DNA of 64,000 nt from Acidimicrobiia bacterium (GTDB lineage Bacteria > Actinomycetota > Acidimicrobiia > Spongiisociales > UBA5794). The stretch spans positions 15,329 to 79,328 of the forward strand of contig JAOZRW010000007.1 in NCBI GenBank assembly GCA_029939995.1, read 5' to 3'. The position numbers and the translations under genes were made by a program. Positions 54,080-62,312 of this stretch are shown here, in pieces. The notes beneath the pieces were generated by a model. It saw nothing but the letters and a program-made list of their open reading frames with translations. It was not told the DNA's origin and did no database searches. The first letter of the stretch is position 1. The number at the start of each line of letters is the position of its first letter.

Positions 54080-54898
54080 ATGAAACGTCGAGCAACAGTC
54101 GTCCTCATCATCGCTACCGCCTTGTTCACCGTGCTCGCTGCCCCCGCATCTGCGAAGGGCCCGGCCGGCGGAACTGCAAAGGTGAAGCTCGAGACGAGGA
54201 AGACTCCGGCTGTTGTCCAAGGCGGTCAGGCATGGGTTGCCCTCAACTGGCGAGGATCCGGCGCCGATGCATCCGACTTCCGGGTCACCGCAACAACGAA
54301 AGCCGCCGGGGTGGAGATCTCCTACCCGGAGACCATGGGGGGCGCATACAGCAGCCTCATGGACGACAATGTCCTGTCCGCCGACGATATCGATTTCACG
54401 GCACTCCACCTGTCCGTTCCCTATGGAACGAAGAAGTTCACGATGGCCGTGACGGCATCGTGGAATGACGGGCACAGAATCGTCAAGAAGAACTTCAAGG
54501 TGCAAGTCCCCACGTTCGCGTACTCAGGCGACGACGTCGCCCTCGTCACCGACGATGCGACCACTAACTCGAAGACGCTCCAGGACGGGTCGTCCCAGAT
54601 CTGGGTCGACGTTGCATGGAGCGGTCTCGCGCCATCCCTCGGCGACGTTCGAATGACTGTGAACAGCCCAGATGGCATTGAGATCGGCTATCCGGACCCA
54701 AACGGGAATGGGCAAGCCTGGTCGGGCCTCGCCCGCGACGATCGTCTCGTTCAAGGGGAAACAGATGTCGCCCGGTTCCGCCTCGACCCCGCAACCATGG
54801 ATCCGGGGGTCTACGAGATTGCCGTTCTCCTGTCATACACCCGGGACGGTTCGACACGCACCACACCCGGGACGATCACAGTCTCGGTCGGCAAGTAG
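54080..54898 (+). CDS. Secreted protein with two tandem homologous beta-rich domains of about 110 aa, unknown function
   Basis: Signal peptide MKRRATVVLIIATALFTVLAAPASA. Internal duplication: AWVALNWRGSGADASDFRVTATTKAAGVEISYPE versus IWVDVAWSGLAPSLGDVRMTVNSPDGIEIGYPD. Confidence 0.62.
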   Translation: MKRRATVVLIIATALFTVLAAPASAKGPAGGTAKVKLETRKTPAVVQGGQAWVALNWRGSGADASDFRVTATTKAAGVEISYPETMGGAYSSLMDDNVLSADDIDFTALHLSVPYGTKKFTMAVTASWNDGHRIVKKNFKVQVPTFAYSGDDVALVTDDATTNSKTLQDGSSQIWVDVAWSGLAPSLGDVRMTVNSPDGIEIGYPDPNGNGQAWSGLARDDRLVQGETDVARFRLDPATMDPGVYEIAVLLSYTRDGSTRTTPGTITVSVGK

Positions 54899-54950
54899 CG
54901 ATCCGCCGCAACACATCATCCATCCCGACACGAGGTCGCACGCGGCAGGC

Positions 54951-55358
54951 TCACGATCTGGCCTCTCCGGCCTCGTCGAGCAGCTTCATCGGAGCGAACT
55001 CGGCTCGGCTCGACGCCCGCACGGTGATCGTTCCGATGCCGAACAGCGCGACGTGCCGCTCGACCTCCACGACGACGATCCTCGGCCTCCAGGTGCGGTC
55101 GATCGGGCAGGTGCAGCGGGTGACGACCGCTCCGTTCGCATGCGCCAGCCGACGCGCCTCCGCCGTCGGGCTTCCACCGCCTCCGAAAGGGAGGAACGTC
55201 ACGGGCGCTGCGGCGAGCGCAGCGGCGTCGGCGGCGGCGGCCGCTTGCAACCGGGCGCTGAGAGCAAGCCCTGCGTCGGCCACGCCGAGCGTCAGGACGA
55301 CGACGAGACCGGCGACCGCCAGGAGGAGCAGAGACGCCGAGCCGGCCGTTCGCCTCAT
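54951..55358 (-). CDS. TadE-like / pilus-cluster-associated membrane protein
   Basis: N-terminal hydrophobic segment GSASLLLLAVAGLVVVLTLGV. ATGA overlap with the upstream TadE-like gene. Last gene of the Flp cluster. Confidence 0.55.
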   Translation of the reverse strand: MRRTAGSASLLLLAVAGLVVVLTLGVADAGLALSARLQAAAAADAAALAAAPVTFLPFGGGGSPTAEARRLAHANGAVVTRCTCPIDRTWRPRIVVVEVERHVALFGIGTITVRASSRAEFAPMKLLDEAGEARS

Positions 55359-55714
55359 CGCTCGACCCGCATCACGGCCCGGGCCGTGACGTCGACGGAC
55401 ACACCGCCGAACAGCGGCGCCGCTACCCGGTACGGCAGCGAGACCCGGACTTCGGCGAGACGTCCGACGACGTCCGGACGCCTCACCGAGACCCTCGCCG
55501 CCGACCCGGCCTCGCCGAGCGCCGCCCGGGCGGCGCGAACGGCGTCGGCCGGATCCGGAGACGCGGCGGCCTCTCTCGCCCCCTCCCGGGCGGCGTTGAC
55601 GACTTCCATCTGGGTCCGCGCCACGAGGGCCACTTCGACGAGCCCGAGGATGAGCGCGAGCACGAGCGGCACGACGAGAGCGAACTCGACGACGGCGCTC
55701 CCCCGCTGGCTCAT
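55355..55714 (-). CDS. TadE-family pilus assembly protein
   Basis: Start trimmed to ATG 55714. RGSAVVEFALVVPLVLALILG is the TadE N-terminal signature. ATGA overlap with the pilin gene. Confidence 0.7.
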   Translation of the reverse strand: MSQRGSAVVEFALVVPLVLALILGLVEVALVARTQMEVVNAAREGAREAAASPDPADAVRAARAALGEAGSAARVSVRRPDVVGRLAEVRVSLPYRVAAPLFGGVSVDVTARAVMRVER

Positions 55715-55896
55715 CCGAGCGGCGCGCCCTTCGCCACGGACGTGACCTTCTTGAGCACCGTCGAGAAGAACGCCGGAAGGAGATCGGTGGATGTGGCCCA
55801 GATGATCAGCGCCAGCGCGATCGCTGCGGCGGCGACGATCACCAGCGCATATTCGGCGGTCGCCTGGCCCCGTTCGTCGGCTTCGAAGAGTTTCAT
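55711..55896 (-). CDS. flp: Flp-type pilin-like protein
   Basis: MKLFEADERGQATAEYALVIVAAAAIALALII: the G/xxxxEY processing motif followed by a hydrophobic helix. 61 aa. Confidence 0.72.
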   Translation of the reverse strand: MKLFEADERGQATAEYALVIVAAAAIALALIIWATSTDLLPAFFSTVLKKVTSVAKGAPLG

Positions 55897-55950
55897 GATG
55901 TTCCTTTCGGTCGCCGGCGTCCGGCCGGTGCGGCGGGAAGTGAGAACACG

Positions 55951-56529
55951 TCAGAGCCCGAGACGCTCGAGGCTTCCGAGGACGGCCGGGCCGATCGTCA
56001 AGACGAGGAACCCCGGCAGGATCAGGAGCGCCAGGGGGAAGAGCAGCTTCACCGGAAGTCGCCGCGCCGCCGTCAGGTGTCGCGCCCGCTCCTCGCTCCT
56101 GAGCGTCGCGGCGTACCCCGAGATCGCGGGAATCAACGGCGCTCCGGTGGACAGCGCCCGGCGCGCGACGACCATGAGCACCGGATCGTCTTCCTCCACG
56201 GAACCGTCGCCGCGAAATCGGATCGCCCGAACGAGTCGCGACGCGGCGTCGCCGCCGACCGAGTCGGCCGCTGCCGCGGCGGCCGGGGGGAACCTGAGGC
56301 CGGCGCTCAGGCCGAGAACGGTCAGGGCGGCCCGCAGGGCTTCGCCATCGCCGTCGCGTGCCCGGCTTCCGTATCGAACGATCAGGGCACGTGCGACCAC
56401 GCCGACTGCCAGTGCGGCTCCGAGAAGGGGGCTCACCGTCCACGTTGCGACGACTGCGGCGCCGATGATCAGCGGGCGTCGACCATCCAGGATCGTCGCG
56501 GACAACGCAAGAGCGATCACCACGCTCAT
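55951..56529 (-). CDS. TadC-like (type II secretion system F family) membrane protein
   Basis: Start trimmed to ATG 56529. Short T2SS-F-like protein with a C-terminal LLFPLALLILPGFLVLTIGP segment. ATGA overlap with the upstream gene. Confidence 0.65.
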   Translation of the reverse strand: MSVVIALALSATILDGRRPLIIGAAVVATWTVSPLLGAALAVGVVARALIVRYGSRARDGDGEALRAALTVLGLSAGLRFPPAAAAAADSVGGDAASRLVRAIRFRGDGSVEEDDPVLMVVARRALSTGAPLIPAISGYAATLRSEERARHLTAARRLPVKLLFPLALLILPGFLVLTIGPAVLGSLERLGL

Positions 56530-57203
56530 CGCTCGGCCCGGCGAACGATGACGGCGACGAGGAGCAGTCCGGCCGCTTCGAGAGCGACGCCGATGATCAG
56601 CACGATCCATCCGAGGTTCCCGTGGGCGAGGAGACCGCTCGTTCGGCCCGTGGCAAGAAGGAGCGCCGTGAACGCCAGCGGCGCGACGCCGACGATCAGT
56701 GCGGAGACCCTGGCCTGAGCGGTGGCGGCCCGCCGTTCCCTGGCCATCTCCGCTGCGTCGGCGGCGCGATCTGCGAGATCCTCGAACGCGTCGGCAACCC
56801 GCGCTCCCGACCAGTCGCTGAGCCGGAACGCCGCGGCAGCCAGCGGGCCGTTCTCGGGGAATCGTTCCTCCACCTCGTTGGCGACGTCGACCATGGGGAG
56901 ACCTGCAGCGGCGAGACGCACGGTGCGGTCGAGCGGCAACCCGGGAACACGGTTGGCCGCGGCTCCGAGCGCACCACGCAGGGAGTTTCCCGAGCGGAGC
57001 TCCGCGGCGAGCGCCCGGAAGTAGGTCGCTTCGTCATCCGGGGTGACGCGGCTCGCTCGACGGCGGAAGGCGGACATCCCCGCCCAGACGGCCGCGCCGA
57101 CCAGAACGATCCTGGGTTCGACGGCGGCAACGGCGCCGACGGCGATGAACGCCGGCGGGACGCCGAGCAGAACGCCGATCGCGAGGATGACCGCCGTCAG
57201 CAC
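56526..57203 (-). CDS. TadB-like (type II secretion system F family) membrane protein
   Basis: Start set at GTG 57203 (VLTAVILAIGVLLGVPPAF...), which overlaps the ATPase stop. The listed 607-aa ORF is an Arg-rich read-through of the ATPase gene. Confidence 0.65.
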   Translation of the reverse strand: MLTAVILAIGVLLGVPPAFIAVGAVAAVEPRIVLVGAAVWAGMSAFRRRASRVTPDDEATYFRALAAELRSGNSLRGALGAAANRVPGLPLDRTVRLAAAGLPMVDVANEVEERFPENGPLAAAAFRLSDWSGARVADAFEDLADRAADAAEMARERRAATAQARVSALIVGVAPLAFTALLLATGRTSGLLAHGNLGWIVLIIGVALEAAGLLLVAVIVRRAER

Positions 57204-58252
57204 GGGTACACCTCGACCACGCCGGACGGCCCGACGTCCGAGATGGAGGAGACGAGCCTCGTTCCGCGGCGACGTGTCACGAACACGATGCGATCCACCG
57301 ACGATCTGATCTGTCGGCGCAACGTGTCGGTCGAGACTCCGACGTCGGCCGTTGCCGCGAGGCTCTCGAGCCGCCACAGCGCCTCCTCCGATCCGTTGGC
57401 GTGGATCGTCGACATCGACCCGTCGTGGCCCGTGCTCATCGCCTGGATCATGTCGAGCGCCTCGGGTCCGCGGACCTCTCCGACCACGATCCGATCCGGG
57501 CGGAGACGCAGGGCGTGGCGGAGCAGCGTCCGCAGGGAGATCTCGCCGGCACCCTCCGCGTTGGGTGGCCGCGCTTCGAGACGAACGACGTGTCCGACCA
57601 GCCTCAGCTCGGCGGCGTCCTCGACGGTGACCGTGCGTTCGTCGGACCCGATCTCCTTCGAGAGGACGTTGAGGAGCGTGGTCTTCCCCGAGCCGGTTCC
57701 TCCCGCGATCAGCAGGTTCATCCGGTTCGTGACCGAGGAACGAAGCATCTCCGCCCCGGCCGAGTCGATCCCGCCGACCTCGACGAGTTGGTCGAGGTCG
57801 GTCACGGCTTCGGAGAAGCGTCGGACGGCGACGATCGGGCCGTCCACCGACGCCGGGGGGATCACCGCGTGCAGGCGCGACCCGTCCGGGAGCCGGGCGT
57901 CGACGGCCGGGCTCGCACGGTCGATCCGCAATCCCAACGGAGCGATGACCCGTTCGACGGCCGCGACGACCGCGCGATCGTCGGCGTACACGATCCCGGT
58001 TCGTTCCAGCTCCCCGCGACGCTCGACCCACACGTCCGACGGCCCGTTGATGAGCACGTCCGTGATGTCCGGGTCGCGGAGCAACCGCTCCACCGGACCC
58101 AGACCGGCGAGTGCGTCGACTGCGTTGACGATCACGTCCGGGCCGGCGAGCGGCGCCACGTCGGGGGCCAGAGCGGCGGCCGCAGCCGTCAACGGGCCGC
58201 GTTCGAGCGGTACGTCGGACTCCAGAAGACGGCGAACCAGCCGATCGGTCAC
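57197..58252 (-). CDS. TadA/CpaF-family secretion ATPase
   Basis: Walker A LIAGGTGSGKTTLLN, Asp box VTVEDAAEL, Walker B RIVVGEVRG, His box GHDGSMSTIHA. Start at GTG 58252 (GTGA overlap) or ATG 58270. Confidence 0.88.
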   Translation of the reverse strand: MTDRLVRRLLESDVPLERGPLTAAAAALAPDVAPLAGPDVIVNAVDALAGLGPVERLLRDPDITDVLINGPSDVWVERRGELERTGIVYADDRAVVAAVERVIAPLGLRIDRASPAVDARLPDGSRLHAVIPPASVDGPIVAVRRFSEAVTDLDQLVEVGGIDSAGAEMLRSSVTNRMNLLIAGGTGSGKTTLLNVLSKEIGSDERTVTVEDAAELRLVGHVVRLEARPPNAEGAGEISLRTLLRHALRLRPDRIVVGEVRGPEALDMIQAMSTGHDGSMSTIHANGSEEALWRLESLAATADVGVSTDTLRRQIRSSVDRIVFVTRRRGTRLVSSISDVGPSGVVEVYPC

Positions 58253-58800
58253 ACCCACGGCTGCTCCCATACCCGTCCCCACGAGCGGATCCACCGATCG
58301 CGCCGCCCCGGCATCCTGCCGGCGAGGAGCGCTCCGATCGTCGCCCCACTCGGCCGCGGAAGGACGACGGCTCCGGCGGGAACGTCGACCCGCCATGCCG
58401 ATCGCTGGTACACGGCGGGACCCGGCGAGCGACGAAAGGCCCCGCCCGGGATCAGCGGCAGAATCGGGATCGCCCCATCGCCTCCGGGATGCCGCGAAGG
58501 CAGGCGCATGACGACCGCGGGCCATCCGGCGACGAGCGCGTGGAGGATCTCCTCCGCCGCATCCGCAGCGATGCCGCCGTTGCGGAGCACCGCGACGCCG
58601 CGCCGGGACGGTGAGAGATCATCTTTCGTGGGACCATCGGCTACCAGGGTCGCGAGGCTGACGTCCCCCCGGTACCGGGGCCCGTCGGGGTCGAGATCGA
58701 CGACGAGCGCCGTTCCCGCCGCCACCGCCAGCGCCAACGGCGCGACGGTGCCGAGAACCTCGTCCTCCGGCGACCAGATGGCAACCGCCGGCATCTCCAA
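58249..58800 (-). CDS. Short CpaE/Ssd-like (ParA/MinD-fold) protein with no recognisable P-loop
   Basis: LALAVAAGTALVVDLDPDG resembles the ParA-type switch region. The expected GGxGxGKS/T position reads AIWSPEDEVLGT. Only 183 aa. First gene of the cluster. Confidence 0.45.
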   Translation of the reverse strand: MEMPAVAIWSPEDEVLGTVAPLALAVAAGTALVVDLDPDGPRYRGDVSLATLVADGPTKDDLSPSRRGVAVLRNGGIAADAAEEILHALVAGWPAVVMRLPSRHPGGDGAIPILPLIPGGAFRRSPGPAVYQRSAWRVDVPAGAVVLPRPSGATIGALLAGRMPGRRDRWIRSWGRVWEQPWV

Positions 58801-58903
58801 CTCCGTGAGGGGCTGGCGGCACCGTATGACATCGCGGTGATCGTTTCAAGACCTTCGATTCGTGTCATGTCTGCAACCGCCGGTGCCGATACAATCGGCA
58901 CTG

Positions 58904-59689
58904 ATGCAACAAGCAGCTTTCTTCGATCTGGACAAGACCGTCATCGCGAAGTCGTCGACGCTCGCGTTCGGCAAGCCGCTCTACAAAGCCGGTTTCGTGG
59001 GTCGCAAGGCTCTGGCCAGGATGGGCCTCGCTCAGGTCTTCTACCGCTTGTTCGGCGCCGACGAGGATCAGCTCGAGCGTGCCCGCGACGAACTGCTCCA
59101 ACTGATCGCCGGCTGGCAACGCGACGAAGTCGAGCAACTGGTCCGGGAGACGCTCGGCGACGTGGCCGAGCCGCTGGTGTACGCGGAGGCGCTCTTCCTC
59201 ATCGACGAGCACCTGCGCAGCGGCAGGCGGGTCATCATCATCTCGGCGAGCCCCGAGGAGATCGTCAAGCCGATCGCCGAGCACATCGGCGTGAGCGAGG
59301 TCATCGCGACGAAGATCAAGACCGATTCCCACGGCCGGTATCTGCCCGAGATCGACGTGTACGCGATGGGACCGGGCAAGGCCGAGGCGATGCAGGATCT
59401 CGCCGATCGCGACGGCATCGATCTCGCCGGCTCCTACGCCTACTCCGACTCGATCACCGATCTCCCGATGCTGGAGGTGGTCGGGAATCCCGTAGCGGTC
59501 AATCCCGAGAAGGAACTGCGGGCGATCGCCGAAGAGCGCGAGTGGCCGATTCTGGAGTTCCAACGTCCCGTCAGCGTCTCGCCGGCGATCCCGAGGCCGT
59601 CGCCGTTCACCGGTGCCGCCGTCGCGCTCTCGGCCGCAGCGCTCGCCGTTGCGATCGTGCTCCTCAAGCGCCGTTCGAGCGGGTCCTAA
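58904..59689 (+). CDS. HAD-superfamily hydrolase, subfamily IB (SerB-like)
   Basis: AAFFDLDKTVI (DxDxT motif), IIISASPEE, KAEAM...AYSDSITDLPML. Start ATG 58904 preferred over 58862. C-terminal TM segment. Confidence 0.83.
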   Translation: MQQAAFFDLDKTVIAKSSTLAFGKPLYKAGFVGRKALARMGLAQVFYRLFGADEDQLERARDELLQLIAGWQRDEVEQLVRETLGDVAEPLVYAEALFLIDEHLRSGRRVIIISASPEEIVKPIAEHIGVSEVIATKIKTDSHGRYLPEIDVYAMGPGKAEAMQDLADRDGIDLAGSYAYSDSITDLPMLEVVGNPVAVNPEKELRAIAEEREWPILEFQRPVSVSPAIPRPSPFTGAAVALSAAALAVAIVLLKRRSSGS

Positions 59690-61134
59690 CGGTCTTCGTC
59701 CATCTCCGGAGGAACCGCCCCGGCGATGCCGGTCTCGGCGACCGCTTCCTGTTCGATCTCCGCGGTGTCGGTCGACTCGGCCCCGGAGCCCCCCTTGTCG
59801 GCGATCCCCTTCGCCCGCGCCGTCTCGATCTTGTGCGTCGTCAACCTCGGCGCCGCGTAGGCGAGAAGGAGGAGATATCCGACGGCGGAGACGAACCACG
59901 GCACCTGGAGGGCGAGATGACGCGAGCCGCCGGCCGCCTCGACTCCGGACACGAGCAGGCCGCCGAGGACGATCCCGACGGGCATCATCCCCCATGCGAA
60001 GAAGCGGTAGACCGAGTTGACGCGGCCGAGGAGGTGGTCGGGGATGATCGTCTGCCGCAGCGACACCGTGATGACGTTCCACAGCACACCGAAGAACGAC
60101 GAGACGGCGAACATGACGAACGCCAGGATCCAGTTGGTGGTGAAGCCGATCGCGAGAGACGTTCCGGCCATGGCGACGAACGTCGTGTAGAGGGACGGGC
60201 CGCTTCCCAGTCGCTTCGAGATCCGCGGCGCCAGGACGCTGCCGAGGACGCCGCCGACCGCCCCGGCCGCTCCGATGATCGCGAAGACGAACGCCGACAC
60301 GCCCAGGACCTCCTGGGCGAAGAGCACGAACGTCGCGAAGACGAGCGCGTTGAAGGCGTTCAGCAGGCCGAGGATGATCGCCATGGGGCGCAACAGCGGG
60401 TGATGCCACAGCCACGCGACGCCTTCTTTGATCTCCGCCCACCAGTCACGGGCGGCTTCGGGATCCGCCGCAGAGCGATCCACGCCGAACGATCCCGCGA
60501 CGAGGAGCAGCAACGCGGCCGACACCGCGAAGGACCCGGCGTCGAAGAAGAACGGCAGCGCGAATGCCACGCCGATGAGCACGCTTCCGAGCGGCGGGCC
60601 GATGAAGCTGTTCATCACCATCTCGGCGCCCCAGAGGTTGCCGTTGGCCCGTTCGAGACCCTCCGGTTCGACGATCGCGGGAAGGATCGTCTGAGCGGCG
60701 TTGTCGTAGAGCACCTCGGCCATGCCGAAGAGCAGGGCGGCGACGAGGAGGGTCGTGTAAACCAGCCAGTTCGTGGTGACGTCGATGCCGCCGACGATCT
60801 CGTTGGGGGCAGGCAGGGTCGAGGACTGGGAGAACACGACGGCGGCGACGATGACCGTGACGAATGTTCGGAACACGTTCATCGAGAGCATCAGCTTGCG
60901 CCGGTCCACGCGGTCGGTGATCACACCGGCCGGGAGCGTGAACAGGAGCCAGGGGAGTTTCTGGACCACGGCGATCATGGCGATGAGGATCGGGTTGCGG
61001 GTGATCCCGGAGGCGAGCCACGGGTAGGCGACCATGGCGACGCCGTCCCCGAGGTTCGAGACGACCGACGACGACCAGAGCTTCCAGTAGTTCGCACCCA
61101 ACCGGGTCTTGATCTTGTCCTTCGGTGCGGTCAT
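59686..61134 (-). CDS. MFS transporter
   Basis: Start trimmed to ATG 61134 (MTAPKDKIKTRLGANYWKLW...). About 12 TM helices. ATGA overlap with the upstream regulator gene. Confidence 0.87.
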   Translation of the reverse strand: MTAPKDKIKTRLGANYWKLWSSSVVSNLGDGVAMVAYPWLASGITRNPILIAMIAVVQKLPWLLFTLPAGVITDRVDRRKLMLSMNVFRTFVTVIVAAVVFSQSSTLPAPNEIVGGIDVTTNWLVYTTLLVAALLFGMAEVLYDNAAQTILPAIVEPEGLERANGNLWGAEMVMNSFIGPPLGSVLIGVAFALPFFFDAGSFAVSAALLLLVAGSFGVDRSAADPEAARDWWAEIKEGVAWLWHHPLLRPMAIILGLLNAFNALVFATFVLFAQEVLGVSAFVFAIIGAAGAVGGVLGSVLAPRISKRLGSGPSLYTTFVAMAGTSLAIGFTTNWILAFVMFAVSSFFGVLWNVITVSLRQTIIPDHLLGRVNSVYRFFAWGMMPVGIVLGGLLVSGVEAAGGSRHLALQVPWFVSAVGYLLLLAYAAPRLTTHKIETARAKGIADKGGSGAESTDTAEIEQEAVAETGIAGAVPPEMDEDR

Positions 61135-61721
61135 GCGTCTCCGCTCGGGTCCAGCGTCGGGAGGTTCGTGGGGTAGACGCCGGCGATCATCCCGTAGACC
61201 CGATCCCCGTCCCGGGGCTCCGATGCGAACTCGGCCGCCAGTTCGGCGAGGCGTGATGCGTACTCGACGGCCCGCTGCTCGGAGATGCGTGCGCGGCGTG
61301 CGGTGAACATCGGCAACGGGTCTCCGTCGACGATTCGCACGTCGCGAAGCGCATCGCGGATGATGAAGAGAGGGTCCTCGACCTTCCCCGGCCCCGACAG
61401 GATGATCGTGCGCCCCGTCCGCCCGTAGTACTTCTCGGTCATGGCCCGGACCTGACGCGTTCGCACGATCCGGATCAGACCGCACTTCTCGAGGACCTTG
61501 AGGTGGTAGCCGACGGTTCCCTTCGGCTTCCCGAGCGCGGCGGCGAGCTGGCTCGTCGTTGCCCCACGCTCGAGCAGGAGATCGAGGAGCTCGAGCCGGG
61601 TGCCGTCGGCGAGCGCTTTGAACGCCTCGGGCGTGTCGGCGATGACCTCGTCGGCGATGTCGTAGTCGAGGGCGTGTGTTTCAAGCTTCGTCGGCGGGTT
61701 CGGTCCCTGTTTGGTCGACAT
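61131..61721 (-). CDS. ArsR-type winged-helix transcriptional regulator
   Basis: LADGTRLELLDLLLERGATTSQLAAALGKPKGTVGYHLKVLEKCGLI. Start ATG 61721 or 61766. Confidence 0.8.
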   Translation of the reverse strand: MSTKQGPNPPTKLETHALDYDIADEVIADTPEAFKALADGTRLELLDLLLERGATTSQLAAALGKPKGTVGYHLKVLEKCGLIRIVRTRQVRAMTEKYYGRTGRTIILSGPGKVEDPLFIIRDALRDVRIVDGDPLPMFTARRARISEQRAVEYASRLAELAAEFASEPRDGDRVYGMIAGVYPTNLPTLDPSGDA

Positions 61722-62220
61722 CTTTCGAATTGTCGAGGTTATTCGACCGTTTGTCAACCCCGGCACCCGCCACCCAGACCGCCGTCAGGGCGAGCGCGGC
61801 GAGACCCGCGACGACGGCGCCGATCAGCCACCAGTTGGGACCCGGGTCCGGCGCGGGCGGCCGGGTCGGGAGGGACGGGGCGATCACCGCGGGATCGACC
61901 CCGAGGTCGGTGAGCGACGACAGCGCCGAGATGTCGCTCGCACCGGCGGCATCGATCGCTTCGAACGCCACCTGCACGTCCTCCCTGCCGGAGAGCCGGA
62001 GGATTCCCACCCATCGCCCGTCTCCCTGATCGGCGAGCGCAACGGGCGGCAGCTCCCCCGCCGCTGATACGGGTCGCGCGAGGACCGCAGCCCGGCCGTC
62101 GTCGACGGCGACGGAGACCTCGACCGTCAGCCCCCCGTCGGCCGTGAGCGCCCGCGCTTCGGCCCTCCCGAAGGGTGAGCCGAGCGTGACGGCGAGCAGG
62201 AGTGCAAGGAGAACCGGCAT
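61681..62220 (-). CDS. Exported protein with C-terminal TM anchor, unknown function
   Basis: Start trimmed to ATG 62220 ([22 protein letters not shown] signal peptide). C-terminal [21 protein letters not shown]. Overlaps the regulator start by about 41 nt. Confidence 0.5.
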   Translation of the reverse strand: MPVLLALLLAVTLGSPFGRAEARALTADGGLTVEVSVAVDDGRAAVLARPVSAAGELPPVALADQGDGRWVGILRLSGREDVQVAFEAIDAAGASDISALSSLTDLGVDPAVIAPSLPTRPPAPDPGPNWWLIGAVVAGLAALALTAVWVAGAGVDKRSNNLDNSKDVDQTGTEPADEA

Positions 62221-62312
62221 CGACCAGAAGCGTAGAAGACACGTGCCCCCGACCGGCGGATCGGCACGCGGCCCCGGGTTGGTTCGCCGGGCACACCTAT
62301 GCTCGGATCTCC

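Noticed and set aside
53525-54505. 326-aa minus-strand ORF spanning the lipoprotein and secreted-protein genes.
   Set aside because: It crosses an intergenic gap and has no signal or motifs. The + strand genes have proper signal peptide and lipobox features and an internal domain duplication.
59686-59689. Convergent overlap of the HAD stop (TAA, + strand) and the MFS stop (TAG, - strand) within CTAA.
   Set aside because: The overlap is real but trivial. It is a consequence of tight packing, and no extra function is implied.
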